A stretch of DNA of 64,000 bases from Pirellulales bacterium (GTDB lineage Bacteria > Planctomycetota > Planctomycetia > Pirellulales > JADZDJ01). Each line of letters starts with the position of its first letter. Within the stretch, counting starts at the first letter, position 1. The translations under genes were made by a program, and so were the position numbers. Of the stretch, positions 31,150-43,977 are shown piece by piece. Under the pieces are notes generated by a model that worked only from the letters and a program-made list of their open reading frames with translations, was not told where the DNA came from and made no database searches. Where the stretch lies: NCBI GenBank assembly GCA_963773875.1, contig CAVZCV010000020.1:294818-358817 (forward strand), read 5' to 3'.

Positions 31150-33572
31150 ATGAATATCGCCTCTCGAAATATTTGGTTGGTCGTGAATTTCGCTGCGACG
31201 ATTTTCGTCAGCGCGTTTTTGCTGTTTCAGATTCAGCCGCTAGTGAGCAAATACATTCTGCCCTGGTTCGGCGGAACGGCAGCCGTGTGGACCACTTGCA
31301 TGCTGTTTTTCCAGACGCTGCTGTTCCTCGGCTATGCCTATGCCCATTTGAGTGAACGATTCCTAACGCCGAAAATGCAAGGTATCGTGCACCTGGCGCT
31401 GATCGTGCTCTCGCTGGTAATGCTTCGCGTGGTGCCGGATGAATCGTGGAAGCCGACCGATAGTTACGACCCCGCCTGGAAGATTCTGGGACTCCTGGCG
31501 GCCAGCATCGGGTTGCCGTACTTCGTGCTCTCCTCCACCGGCCCGCTGTTGCAGGCGTGGTTTGCAAAGACGTTTCCGGGCAAGACACCGTATCGGCTGT
31601 ACGCGCTTTCGAACATTGGCTCGCTTTTGGCGCTATTGAGCTATCCGTTTTTGTTTGAGCGGATGTTCGCGATCAAAGATCAGGCGACGATCTGGTCGAT
31701 CGGCTTCGTTGTGTACGCCGCTTTGGCCGGATACGCCGCTGTGAGTTTGTGGATGATCTTCCGCGACAACCGGCTGTCCCAGATAGCCCGACTGCTCCAG
31801 TCGGAAGCGCCGCTGCCGTTCCGGATGCAAATGCTGCTGCGAGCCGCGAGGTTCCGCAAGTCATCACACCGGCCGTATCAACACCGACCGGCCCACCGCC
31901 GATCCTCCACTACGCCTTGTGGCTCATCCTGCCGGCGATTGCATCGACCGCGCTATTGGCGACGACGAACCATGTTTCCATCGACGTCACGCCAATGCCG
32001 TTCCTGTGGGTCATTCCGCTTTCGCTCTATTTGTTGACGTTTATCATCGCCTTCGATCATCCGCGCTGGTACCGGCCGATTGTGATGTCGATCTTCACGC
32101 TGTGCGCGATCTATTTGATCGGCATGGTGTACTCCGACGATCAATCGGGCATTTTGCTCAAACAAACTGGCGCCCCGGGCCGCGTGCTGCAGGGCATGAT
32201 CAAGTCAGTAAATTGGGTGCAGGAGAAACTCCATGTGGATTCGAAGCACCGCATCGACACGAACGAACCGGACATCAGCTTTATGGGCTACGCGGCGATC
32301 AACTTTGCCGCGCTGTTTGGCATTTGCATGCTGTGCCACGGCGAGCTGGTGCGGATGCGGCCCCATCCGCGGCACTTGACCGCATTTTATTTGATCGATC
32401 GCCGGCGGCGGTGCGCTCGGCGGCCTGGCAGTCAGTTTGATTGCGCCGCGCAGTGTTCGTGACGTACTTCGAATGGAATTTGTCGCTTTCCATCGGGTCT
32501 GGTGCTGGCGTTCGCGGTTATCTTGAGCGTAGTTTGGCGATTCGCGTTTGAGCGTTATCGGCGCACATCGTCGACCGATTCGCTGTGGCTCGTGCCGGCC
32601 ATTGGCGTGCCTATGCTGTTTCTCGCATACTTCAGCGGCCGAGATTTGTACGAGTATTTGAAATCGAATCGGCCGGCCAATGAAACGGTACTCAACCAGC
32701 GGCGTAATTTCTTCGGCACTTTGACGGTCCTCAATCGGGAGAACGACGATCCGGAAGAGGCAGTTCGCAAGTTGATTCACGGCCGCATTACGCATGGCGT
32801 GCAGTTTTTGGATCCGACGTTGCGAGAGTATCCGACATCGTATTATTCGCGCGAAAGCGGCATTGGTTACACCGTGGGCTATTACCACGCCAGCAAGAAG
32901 ATCGACGGCGTGCGACTTGGCACAGTCGGTCTGGGAACTGGCACGATGGCGGTGTTCGTGCGCGACAAAGAAGATCCGAACGCAAAGGGCAAAAACGATT
33001 CGATCCATTTTTACGAGATCAATCCCGAAGTGATCGATATCACCGAGCCCGGCAAATACTTCACGTATTTGCAAGACGCCAAGAAACGTGGCGGCGATTA
33101 CAAAATCACGCTGGGGGACGCGCGGTTATCGCTGGAAAAAGAGGTGAAGGACGGCGACTTTCAGAAGTTTCACGTGCTCGTGCTCGACGCTTTCAGCGGC
33201 GACGCAATTCCGATGCACCTGCTGACCGAGGAAGCGTTTGAGACGTACCTCAAACACATGGCGACCGGCAATGAGGGCAAAGGCGGAGCGGAAGCAGACG
33301 GCGAAGCCGGCGCGATCGCGGTGCACATTACGAATCGCTACCTCGACCTGGAGCCGATCGTGCTTGGCCTGGCCGAGCGATTCAAACTAGGCCACGTGCT
33401 CATTGTGAACGGCAACGGCGGCGAAGCAATGTATTCCTCGGACTGGTTAATTCTCAGCAAGAACAAAGACTTGATTAAAGAACTTTCGCAATATGAAAAC
33501 CCGGAGACTGAACCGAAGAAACCAATTTTGTGGACCGACGGAAAGAGCAACCTGTTCGACGTGCTGAAGTGA
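31150..33572 (+). CDS. Fused membrane / spermidine-synthase-like SAM-dependent methyltransferase (frameshifts near 31770, 32395 and 32480)
   Basis: LPWFGG, YRLYALSNIGS, CHGEL, HGRITHG, GLGTG, YEINP, GDAR and DAFSGD motifs across three ORFs. Confidence 0.85.
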
Positions 33573-33577
33573 CGTGC

Positions 33578-34441
33578 TTAACGCGGCTTGTTGGGCGATT
33601 CGTCGGCCAACGGAGCCATGAATTGCTCCACTGGCAGTGCATACTGCGGCGCCCAGCCCAACGGCAGCGTAATGCCGGTGATCCAACGGGCATCGTCGGA
33701 AGCAAGAAAGGCGACGGCACCGGAAACATCGTGTGGCAGGCCAACACCTAAAGGATGAATGGCTTCCAGCTGGGCATGAACTTGCGGCGTGAGATGATCG
33801 AGATGCTTGAGCGTCATCGGCGTGGCGACCAGCGCCGGAGCGATGGCCACGACGCGAATTTTGCGTGGAGCAAATTCCCAAGCCAGCGATTGCGTAAGCC
33901 CAATTAAACCCGCTTTCGCAGCGCTGTAGATCGAAAAACTAGGGCACCCGCCCAGCGCCAATGCCGAGGCAACGTTCACAATCACGCCGCCCGGCGACGG
34001 CAAATGCGGCAGGACAGCACGAGTCATGCGAATGGCGCCGTGCAGATTGATATCGAGCAAACTTTGCCACTCGTCGTCGGCAAAGTGCTCGAAGCGTTTT
34101 GCGTATTCAATGCCGGCGTTATTGATGAGCGCATCGATTCGGCCAAATTGGGCGACGCATTGGTCGACCGCACTGGTAACTTGATCCGACTTGGTGATAT
34201 CGCAATGAACCCAGCTCGCAGCACTCGAGAGTCGTTTCAAGCGCTTAAGCAGCCGCTTCGGCTCGTGCAGCGAGAGCATTGCCACGGCCGCGCCCTCCTC
34301 GGCCAATCGTTCGGCAATTGCGCCGCCGATGCCGCGATCGCTGGCGCCGGTCACGAGCACGACTTTGCCCGCAAAGCGGCGCAGCGGGTCCGCCGATTCC
34401 GCTTGCGGCTCAGTCGGTTTACTTGGAATATCGATGGACAT
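33578..34441 (-). CDS. SDR-family oxidoreductase
   Basis: VTGASDRGIG, NNAG, YSAAK and ITG motifs. Confidence 0.92.
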   Translation of the reverse strand: MSIDIPSKPTEPQAESADPLRRFAGKVVLVTGASDRGIGGAIAERLAEEGAAVAMLSLHEPKRLLKRLKRLSSAASWVHCDITKSDQVTSAVDQCVAQFGRIDALINNAGIEYAKRFEHFADDEWQSLLDINLHGAIRMTRAVLPHLPSPGGVIVNVASALALGGCPSFSIYSAAKAGLIGLTQSLAWEFAPRKIRVVAIAPALVATPMTLKHLDHLTPQVHAQLEAIHPLGVGLPHDVSGAVAFLASDDARWITGITLPLGWAPQYALPVEQFMAPLADESPNKPR

Positions 34442-34681
34442 GCCTGTGTGCATCAGATGAACAAGGTCTCGCTATCATACCCGATTCGCCGCGGTTATCA
34501 CGGTGCTTGCCGCCCGTCGCTCGCAGGCTTTGACGCGTCGCCGAAGTTGGGCGGCCGCACAATTGACAATCCTGTTACAAACGAACTGTTGCAGTCTAAA
34601 TCTGGCGACCCCTATAATGGCGGGCGCAAGGGCATCATGCCGTCTTGCTGCTTTTCGCTCCTCTATTTGAAGAGGCTCATT

Positions 34682-36562
34682 ATGAGCGCGTCATCGATCA
34701 TGAAGTACGTGGCGGCGTCTTTAGCGGCAGCATTGATCGTTGTAGTCGTGACACAAGCGGCGGAGCGGTCTACTGCATCCAACGGCAAGAACGGCTTTTG
34801 TTTCGACCACGACCTCGGCAGCGGACGGCAAAGAGTTGTTTACCCGAGAGTGGCTGCCAAACGACCCCCGCGCGCATGGTGGCGATGGTTTGGGTCCGGT
34901 GTTCAATGAAAGCTCCTGCATCTCGTGCCACAACGAAGGCGGCTCCGGCGGCGGTGGCGTGAAGAATGTCGATATCATCACGGCATTCGCCAATACAGTG
35001 CCAGCGCAAGGACAACAGGCAAACATCGATGTACAGCCGCGAGCAGAAACTTTGCCCGGCGCAATTCTGAATGTCGTGGTACGCAGTGTCACCAGTTCAG
35101 GCACCGCAACCAATGCCCGCAGCCACAGCCGACTGCGCCAGCAGCAGAGCCCGCGACGCCGGAGACGAATGCCAATTCGCCGGCAGCGCCCGCTGGAAAT
35201 GTCGCCAACCGGGTCGAAACGAAAGAACAACTTGCCAAGCGTCAACGCGAAGAGTTGGGAAAGATACATCCGGGCTTTGCAACGGCGCGCAGTGTCGTTT
35301 TGCATCGATTCTCGACCGACGATAAATATGAACCGTGGCGTATGTCGATGCTCGGCATGGGGCAGCAAGCAATGTTCAATAACGTTGCAAATGCACCTTC
35401 TTTTACCGCTGACCAACCTGCTACGCCACAGCAACCCGCTGCGGCCAACGATTTCCATATCAGCGTCGTCAATGAATCGGGTCAGGCCGAACAACAGATT
35501 CAGCAGCAGCGAACGTCGGCTCAGGTTGCCCACGCCCAGGGCTTGCAAGGTCAGATCGGCAATTTTGCGTTCGTGCACTCACAACGCAATGCGACCGCCC
35601 TGTTTGGTGTCGGCCTAATCGACAAGATTCCGGACAGTGTGCTGATCGACCAAGCGAAAGCGCTGCACAAAGATTTTCCTGAGATCAAAGGCCGTGTGGC
35701 AAAGCTAAAGGACGGCAAAATTGGCCGCTTTGGCTGGAAGGCACAAAAGCCGAATCTCTATGAGTTCGCAATGACCGCGTGTGCGATTGAATTGGGACTC
35801 GATGTGCCCGAGCATCCGCAAGCCGGCCTGCCGATGAACGTCAGCTACAAGCCGAAAGCACATGATATGGATCAAGGCGAGTGCGATGCATTGGTCGATT
35901 ATCTCCGTAAGCTGCCAGCGCCTGCACGCGTTCAATCGGCAAGCAAAGAAGAAAGCGATTTCGTTGCAGCCGGTGCGAAGCAATTCGCCGCCGTCGGTTG
36001 TGCGGAGTGCCATGTTGCAAAGCTTGGCGAAGTGGCGGGCATCTACAGCGATTTGCTATTGCACGACATGGGTCCGGAATTGGGCGACGCGGGTTCCTAT
36101 GGTTCCTTCGCGCCGGATTCGCCCGAAGATGATGATGCGAAAGAGCCAATTCCCAGCTTGATGGCACAGCAGGTCCAAGAGCCTATTACGAATTTGACGC
36201 AGCTTGCCAATGTGAGTGCGACCGTGGCGGCGGCACGAAATCCGGCGAAAGTCGATCGCGAGAAGACGATCGGCGCGCTCAGACAAGAATGGCGAACACC
36301 GCCATTGTGGGGCGTGCGCGATTCAGCGCCGTATCTGCACGACGGACGTGCCAGCACTTTGGAAGAGGCCATTGCGTTCCATGGCGGCGAAGGCGCCAAT
36401 TCAGCGAAGAGCTTTTTCACCCTCAAGCCAGAGCAGCGCATGCAAGTTCTGGCATTCTTGAAATCGATGACCGCTCCTGAGCAGCGTGAAGCCGCCGAGC
36501 GTGCGACCGTTCAATTGGACAGGAAGTCGGCTGTCGCAGGCCTCGCGATTGATCGGCAATAG
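34682..36562 (+). CDS. Di-haem oxidoreductase (DHOR/DUF1111) family protein (frameshifts near 34770 and 35100)
   Basis: GDGLGPVFNESSCISCH, GRFGWKA, GCAECH, YSDLLLHDMG and WRTPPLWG..YLHDGRA. Confidence 0.88.
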
Positions 36563-36563
36563 C

Positions 36564-36601
36564 AAAAAACTGACAGCACGGGAAAACCCATGCTGCCAGT
36601 T
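36564..36601 (-). terminator. Hairpin terminator between convergent genes
   Basis: A-tract followed by AACTGACAGCA..TGCTGCCAGTT stem. Confidence 0.6.
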
Positions 36602-36647
36602 GGGTGTGGCTTACATCGTTCGTCCAGCACTTGAACGGCCGACGCGC

Positions 36648-37520
36648 TTAACGGTTGCTGCTGGTTTTGCTGACGCTCGCGCTATCGGGCATCAATTGTT
36701 TAAGGTGCTGTAAATGTTGCTCGGCCGTTCTTTTCTGTTCGCTAAGCACTTGTTGCAACTCGGGCGAAGCGTGGCGCTCGAACGCGGTGAGGGCGGCGAT
36801 CATTTGGATGTGTCCGCCCATTTGCTGACCGATGTAGGCGTGATCGAATTCTTCGCCGCGCTTTTCGCCGAGCTCCTTCTGGGTCAAGTCGAGACATTGC
36901 TGTTTGGCGTCGCGCTCGATGGCCAGCATTTGTTGACCGAGGTTCGCGTCACCCTGCGCGTTTTGACCGGCGGTAATTAGCTGATTCTGCGACTGACCTT
37001 GGCGTTGTGGCTGATTTTGCTGTTGACCTTGCTCCTGCTCCGAGTTGGACGTCAATTCGAGCGAGGTGACTTCTGGTGAGAATGGCTGAAGCTTGGAAAT
37101 GGCCTTTGAATGTTGGTCAACCATTTGCTGGGCGAACTGCTTAACCTGCTCACTGCTGGCATGCTGTGCTGCGAAGCGACCTAGGGCAACTTCCTCTTCG
37201 TTGCCCAGAATCAGGCAAGCCGCGAGATGGCTGTCGATCACGCGCGAGGCGTTCACCGCGTTATCACCCCGATAATTTGCCGTCCGCTGACCGGGGATCT
37301 GTCGGTTGCCTTGTTGCAATTGAGCGCCCGGTTGACCGACACCCTGACCTTGGCCCTGTCCTTGCGCTTGAAGCGCTCCCTGGCCTTGCACTTCGCCCTG
37401 ATCCTGTGCGGGCGATTGGGCCCGAGGCGCCGTGGGTGGATTTTGATTGCCTTGTTGTTGTTGAGCAAACACTTGGGTGGCGATAAGTGCCACTGCGAGC
37501 AGGCTGCAAGCTTTCCACAT
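36648..37520 (-). CDS. Secreted Gln-rich DUF4142 (ferritin-like) protein
   Basis: Signal peptide; VKQFAQQMVDQH, FDHAYIGQQ..H and EQHLQH motifs. Confidence 0.85.
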   Translation of the reverse strand: MWKACSLLAVALIATQVFAQQQQGNQNPPTAPRAQSPAQDQGEVQGQGALQAQGQGQGQGVGQPGAQLQQGNRQIPGQRTANYRGDNAVNASRVIDSHLAACLILGNEEEVALGRFAAQHASSEQVKQFAQQMVDQHSKAISKLQPFSPEVTSLELTSNSEQEQGQQQNQPQRQGQSQNQLITAGQNAQGDANLGQQMLAIERDAKQQCLDLTQKELGEKRGEEFDHAYIGQQMGGHIQMIAALTAFERHASPELQQVLSEQKRTAEQHLQHLKQLMPDSASVSKTSSNR

Positions 37521-37792
37521 AATTCCACTCTCCTAAAATGAGTCGTGTAGGAACAATCACGGGTGGAATGCAATCGCCTTGCAAAGGATATACCGGCGAC
37601 GTGCGCGAGCAGAAACCAGCGACCGATTTCCGCAAACCCGCCGATGATTACGGTTTAGAGTGTACTATTCCATGCAACCGCCCCCAAGATGCACGCTTGC
37701 ATGGGACAGAAACACGTCGTGATGGACGGTATTTGATAAGGCCTTGGGCAGAAATCGTTCAGGCGGGAAGCCATTTCTCGAACATGGCGCGG

Positions 37793-38845
37793 CTAAAACG
37801 ACGCGTGCGACTTTTGCAAAGACAACCGAAAATTCTTCCGCTCTGCGACGACCGTGCGCAATTCGTCGCCGAATATCCGACTTAGTTTCACGGCGCCGTT
37901 TTGGTTGAGATGATCGCTGTTGTAGAAATCGCTGGCGGTGAAACGGGGATCGCGAGTGAAATCGAAATATCGAATGCCGTGCTTCGTTTGCAGAAGGACC
38001 ACAGCGCTGCGAAATCGCGATTCACGATCTGGATCGAACCGCGAAAAGTAGGATGAATAAGCGGGCGTGGTCAACAATATAACTTCGATGCCGCGCTTCT
38101 GCAGCGTATCAAACAGTTCGTCGAGAATCGCGAGATTTTGCGCGAGATTCTCTTCATGCATCAATCCGTGGTGAGCCTCCACGCGTGCGAGCCCGTCGCT
38201 AACGGCGAGGTCTGAATTCTCCGGCACGGGATTGGCGGCCCAACCATTGGAATGCACGAAGGCCGAAAGATCGGGTGGTTCTCCGAACAGCACCTGTTTG
38301 GATATCTCAGGACCATACAGCAAATAAAGGCTGAAGTTCCGTAGGTCGAATTCGCTGATCCAATGCCGATGCGGGATGCCGAAGCAGCGCCGATAGTAAC
38401 ACGATCGCCATGCTTCAGTTGTTCGCTCCATATCGTACTCAAGGGTAAAGTACGATAGGCCAACGACGACGCACTCCAGTTGCGGCATGCGATCGAGATA
38501 TCGCGTTGCCAATTGGGCACCGTAATACAAGTCCTGGCTATACCCAGCCAAGTTAATGGCGGGCGTGCCCAGCTCATCGGGATTCAAACCGTTGAGCATA
38601 TGAGATGATCCAAGTATTAAGACGCGAGTGTCTTGGCAATCGGCGAGCCTAGCCTTTTTGACATTGTAAGGATTCGTGGCTTGCGAGAGCTTGAATTCGA
38701 CAAGGGTGAACAGGATCAGTTGCAACGCGGCGAATGCGGTCAGCTTGATCGCGAAGCGCTTTATGTCACTTGTCTTTAAATTAAGGAATCTCTTCGGCTG
38801 TTCTGCCGGAACCGCAGCAAAAGTCGATTGAATAGGCTCTATCAT
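37793..38845 (-). CDS. Membrane-anchored SGNH-like protein (DltD/AlgJ-type acyl-transfer partner)
   Basis: One TM helix, ILGSSH and FYNSDHLN motifs; directly downstream of the MBOAT gene. Confidence 0.75.
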   Translation of the reverse strand: MIEPIQSTFAAVPAEQPKRFLNLKTSDIKRFAIKLTAFAALQLILFTLVEFKLSQATNPYNVKKARLADCQDTRVLILGSSHMLNGLNPDELGTPAINLAGYSQDLYYGAQLATRYLDRMPQLECVVVGLSYFTLEYDMERTTEAWRSCYYRRCFGIPHRHWISEFDLRNFSLYLLYGPEISKQVLFGEPPDLSAFVHSNGWAANPVPENSDLAVSDGLARVEAHHGLMHEENLAQNLAILDELFDTLQKRGIEVILLTTPAYSSYFSRFDPDRESRFRSAVVLLQTKHGIRYFDFTRDPRFTASDFYNSDHLNQNGAVKLSRIFGDELRTVVAERKNFRLSLQKSHASF

Positions 38846-38854
38846 GTCGGCAGC

Positions 38855-40332
38855 TCAGAACTGAAAGTAAATGAACTGCCGTGCCTCGACCTGACCCAAA
38901 AGCACGATCGCAATTACCGCCATTTGATAGGCTCCCCAGCGGATGACGAGCGGCCGGCTGGCAAACCAATCGGAGAATGTCGCGTGGCGTTGCAACATTT
39001 CAATCGCCACGAGACCGGCAATCAATGCCAAACAAAAGACGAGTTCGACACTCGAAGTGAACAATGGCGCAATGCCGGTGTCGAATCGCGAGATGCTGCC
39101 GCGCACTAACGAGCGGATGAGTCCCCAACTCCCATCGGCAAGCTTGCGACAGATAAGCCAACCTTGAGCGACATCAGTTGCCCGGAAGAAGACCCAGCCG
39201 ATGGAAACGAGCGAAAACGTAGTGGCGATTTGCCACATCGCTTGCATTCGCGGCCATTTCGAAATGCGACTCCATCGCGCCAATCGGTGTCGCAGGCCCT
39301 CGGTCGCGCGGCCGGCGATCAAATAAAAGCCGTGCAGCGTACCCCAAACCACGTACGTCCAATTTGCGCCGTGCCACAAACCGCTAAGCATGAATACGAA
39401 AAGAATATTTCTGCTCCATCGCACGGCGCCAACTCGGCTGCCACCCAGCGGCACATACACGTAATCGCGAAACCACGTGGAGAGCGAAATGTGCCACCGC
39501 CGCCAGAACTCACCGATTGAGCGGGCGAAATACGGCCGATCGAAATTCGTCATCAGTCGAAAGCCCATCACTTGCGAGCGCCGAGTGCGATATCGCAATA
39601 GCCGGAAAAATCGCAATAGATTTGAAACGCAAACAGCGTCACCGCCACCAGCGGCGCAAGGCCGTGATAACCGGACGGATGGCTGAAATAAACGCCGACG
39701 GGCAGCACCAACCGATCGGCAATCACGATTTTCTTAACGGCGCCCCAGAGCATTAGTCGTAGTCCGGCGGTGACACGCGGCTCGTCAAAATTATGCCGCT
39801 CGCGAAACTGGTGCAGCATGTTCTGCGGCCTTTCGATCGGACCAGCCACAAGCTGTGGATAGAACATTACATAAAGGGCATAGATGCCGAAGTGCCGCTC
39901 TGCTGGCTGTGCGCCGCGATACACTTCGATCGTGTAACTCATCGCCTGAAATGTGTGGAACGATAAGCCCATGGGCAGCAGAATATCGAGCGCGCCAACC
40001 GGATTGTGCAGCCCCAGCGAACTGGCCAGCCAGGTGACGTTCGCATTCACGAAGTTGAAGTATTTGAAAAACGCCAGAAAGCCGACGTTGCTTACGATGC
40101 TGACCCAAAGAATCGGTTGTTTGTGCTGCGGATGCCGTTCCATCAAAATGCCGGCCGAATAATCAACGAAAATAGTGACGCCGAGAATCAACAGATACAT
40201 CGGCACGAAACAGGCGTAGAACCAACAGCTGGCCGCCAGCAAAAGCCTCCAACGCCAGGCGTGCGGAATCGCAAAGTACAACAGCGTGACCAGCGGAAAG
40301 AAGACGGCGAATTGCCAGGAGTTAAAGAGCAT
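38855..40332 (-). CDS. MBOAT-family O-acyltransferase (AlgI/DltB-like); frameshift near 39580
   Basis: MLFNS, FFKYFNF, LPMGLSFHTFQ, PQLVAGPIER, YCDFSGY, FWRRWHISLS and SGLWHGANW. Confidence 0.93.
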
Positions 40333-40547
40333 GCCTGTGGGCGGGCTGCGAGCGGCGCATGCAATGCACCGCGGGGGTGCGTAAATCGGGGGCGGCATGG
40401 TCGCAAGGTCGCCAATTCAGGTCAAGAGCGAGTCGAACCCTGCCCGCAAGCTATGAAGGCCGCACAGAGGACCACTGATTTTAATTCGCAATGTCGCAGA
40501 GTATCATAAGACTCGATATTAAATAGACTTTTGCTTAGGAGCTGGCA

Positions 40548-43294
40548 ATGCGTTTCGCGATTCGCTTGACGATTTTATTGTCATTCTCGCCGGTTTATTC
40601 TCCACGCTGCAGCTAGCGGCGCAGACTGAGGACGCCAAGAAGAACGCCAAAACGGATGGCGGCGCCGCAGCCGATCAAAGATGGTTCTCGCAAAAGCCGG
40701 AAGTTGTGGAAATGGAAGTTGTCGGCGCCGACAAGCCGGCGAAGGAGAATGCTGGCGAAAATGCGTTTCGTGTGCCGCGAGGCTTCATAGTCGAGCGATT
40801 GTTCACGGTGCCAAAAAATGAACTCGGTTCATGGGTTTCACTGTCCGTTGATAACAAGGGGCGAATTTTGGCCAGCGATCAGGAAACAAAGGGCCTGTGC
40901 CGAATTACACCGCCGCCAGTTGGCTCCGACGAAGAGACCAAGGTCGAGCATCTCGATGCCAAAATCAGCGCCGCCCAGGGAATGCTGTATGCGTTCGACA
41001 GTCTGTACGTGTCCGTCAACAAATATGGCAGACCAGGAACGGGTTTGTATCGATTGCGTGATACGAAAGGCGACGATCAATTCGATGAAGTTGTCAAGCT
41101 CAACGAAATTCGCGGTCCAGTTGGCGAGCATGGTCCGCATGCGCTGCGGCTTTCGCCCGATGGGAAGTCGATCTTCATCGTCGCAGGCAATCACACCGAT
41201 CTGCCATTCTCGCCTGGCGAGATGAAAGCACATCCGGAATACACTAGCCAACTGCCGGCCAATTGGGATGAAGATTTGCTGCTTCCGCGGTTATGGGATC
41301 CAAACGGTCATGCGCGAGGACGGATGGCGCCGGGGGGCTGGATTGCGGAAATCGATCCGGACGGCAAGAAGTGGAACATGTTCAGCGTTGGGTATCGCAA
41401 CGCGTACGATTTCGATTTCAACGCCGATGGCGAACTGATCACTTACGATTCCGACATGGAATGGGACATGGGCATGCCGTGGTACCGGGCCACGCGAATT
41501 GTGCATGCCACCGATGGCAGCGAGCTTGGCTGGCGGAGCGGCGCCGGCGTGTGGCCGTGGTATTACGTCGATAGTTTGCCGCCGGCGGCGGATGTCGGCC
41601 CGGGCTCGCCCGTCGGCGTAACGTTTGGTTATGGCACGAAGTTTCCCGCGAAGTATCAACGGGCTTTGTTCGCGTGCGATTGGACGTTCGGCACCATTTA
41701 TGCCATTCACGCTAGAGCCCGAAGGTTCTAGTTACAAAGCGATCAAGGAAGAGTTCGTCGCGCGAAATGCTTTGCCGCTGACGGACATTGTGGTCGGCAA
41801 CGACGGAGCGCTGTATTTCACCGTTGGCGGCCGTGGATTGCCCTCGGAACTCTATCGAGTGACTTATGCCGGCGACGAATCAACTGCGAAGGTCGATGCG
41901 CACGATCCGCGAAACGCCGACGCAGCGCCAATTGCGACACAAGATCGAGGCGTATCACGGCCACGCGGCGGCCGATCCGAAAGCGGCCGTCAATTTCGTG
42001 CTTCCGTATTTGGGAAACGCCGATCGATTCATTCGCTATGCTGCGCGTGTGGCGCTGGAATTCCAACCAATTGCACTCTGGCAAGACCGCGTGCTGGCGG
42101 CAAGCGATCCGGAAACGCTAATCACCGGCGCTGTGGCGATTGCCCATCAAGGCACCGCTGCGATCCAACCAAAGCTTTTGGCAGCACTCGACGCCGTTGC
42201 ATTTGACAAACTCACTGAGTTGCAGCAACTCGAACTATTGCGAGCATACGGTCTGCGTTCATCCGCCTTGGTCAGCCCGACCAGGCATTGCGGACGGCAG
42301 TCGCCAAGAAATTTGATGCATTCTTTCCAGGCAAGAACGAATTGGTGAATCGCGAGTTGTGCAGTCTGCTTGTGTATCTGCAATCGCCATCGATCGTCGC
42401 CAAGACGATGGCACTGATCAAACAGGAGACGCCGGCGGTAGCAAAGAGCGACGAAGAATTGATGCGCAGCGAGCTGATTGCACGCAATCGGACATACGCC
42501 CGGCCCATTGCCGCGATGATGGAAAATCATCCCGATCAACAAAAAATTCATTACGCATATGCGTTGCGGAATGCCACCTCGGGCTGGACGCTGGACGATC
42601 GCAAGGCGTTTTTTGAATTCGTCCGCGGGGCAGGCGAATCCAAAGGCGGGCATAGCTTTGCGGGCTTCTTGCGCGATATCGATCGCGAAGCGTTCGCCAA
42701 TGCCACGGACTCTGAACGGCTGGCACTGGAAGCCACGGGTGCACGCAAACCATTCGCTGCGCCCACGCTTCCAAAGCCCAAGGGGCCGGAGCACGACTGG
42801 ACGCTCGAAGAAGTTGTTCAGATGGCACAATCAGGACTGGTGAATCGCGATTTTAAGAACGGCGAAAAAATGTTTGCCGCGGCACGCTGCGTCGTGTGCC
42901 ATCGCTTCAACGGCGACGGCGGCGCAACCGGGCCAGACCTGACGCAACTAGCGGGTCGGTTTAACGTGAAAGATTTGACGGAATCGATCATCGAGCCGAG
43001 CAAAGTCATCTCCGATCAGTACCGCGCGTCGATTGATCACAACGAGTACGGGCAAATCGTTCAGCAGGCCGGATTGTGAGCGAAAACCAGGACATGCTGC
43101 TGTTGGTGACCGACCCGGAAGATTCCACGAAGGTAGTCGAAATTCCTAAACAGGAAGTCGACGAACAAAAAGTGTCGCCAATTTCACTCATGCCGGTCGG
43201 CTTGCTAAAGCCGTTGAACGAGCATGAAGTTCTCGACCTGTTGGCGTATTTGCTCTCTCGCGGCGAGGCGAAGAATCCGATGTTTGCAAAATGA
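40548..43294 (+). CDS. PVC-type haem c-binding beta-propeller dehydrogenase-like protein (several frameshifts)
   Basis: GEHGPH, GYRNAYD, YDSDMEWDMG, GPGSP, CDWTFG, CVVCHRF..GPDLT, IIEPSKVISDQY and SLMP..DLLAYL. Confidence 0.85.
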
Positions 43295-43365
43295 CGGTGA
43301 TTTAAGCCTTTGGTAGTGGCGTATAATTCGCAGTTGGGTTAATTCTTGGTCAGGCCGTCGGTTCT

Positions 43366-43828
43366 ATGCTTGCTTATGAGCATTGCTGCGCCGAATCTAT
43401 CGAACGTCCGTTGCCGACGCCCGAAGAGCGGCCGGGAAGTGATGTCGTCATATACGACGGCAACTGCCGCATTTGCACGGCGCAAGTAAGGAAGTTGCCG
43501 TGGTGGGATTGTCAGAAGCGGCTGTCGTATCTTTCGCTGCACGACCCGCAAGTGGCGTGAAAAATATCCCGACCTGACGCACGACATGCTGATGGACCAA
43601 ATGTACGTGGTCGATCAACAAGGTCGGCGATATGGCGGTGCGGCGGCCATTCGTTATCTTTCCCGTCGATTGCGCCGGCTGTGGTGGCTGGCACCGGTGC
43701 TGCACATTCCCGGCAGTTTGCCGCTGTGGCAATGGCTATATCAGCAAGTAGCCAAACGGCGATATCGCTTTGGCACGGTTCACGAATGCGACGGTGACGC
43801 CTGCAGCATCCACTCAGGCAAACGCTGA
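43366..43828 (+). CDS. DCC1/DUF393 thiol-disulfide oxidoreductase-like protein (frameshift near 43558)
   Basis: VIYDGNCRIC (DxxCxxC) and Y..VAKRRYRF motifs. Confidence 0.85.
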
Positions 43829-43977
43829 TTTCAATTTCGACACGCCGCTTGAACGCACGCTTTACCTCATTTTCACCTCGGCGATGCGGCGACCTGCTGC
43901 CGACTCACAATTGCCGTGATCGGCCGGGCAGTTTATAACATCGGCGTTGAACGAAATAAAAATCGGGGGCGTATATT

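Noticed and set aside
29672-31153. 493-aa plus-strand ORF
   Set aside because: Most of it is the antisense shadow of the HExxH gene (30050-30916). Only the first ~125 codons remain a candidate, covered in the findings.
40420-40455. GGTTCGACTC T-loop-like word on the minus strand
   Set aside because: The flanks do not fold into a tRNA cloverleaf.
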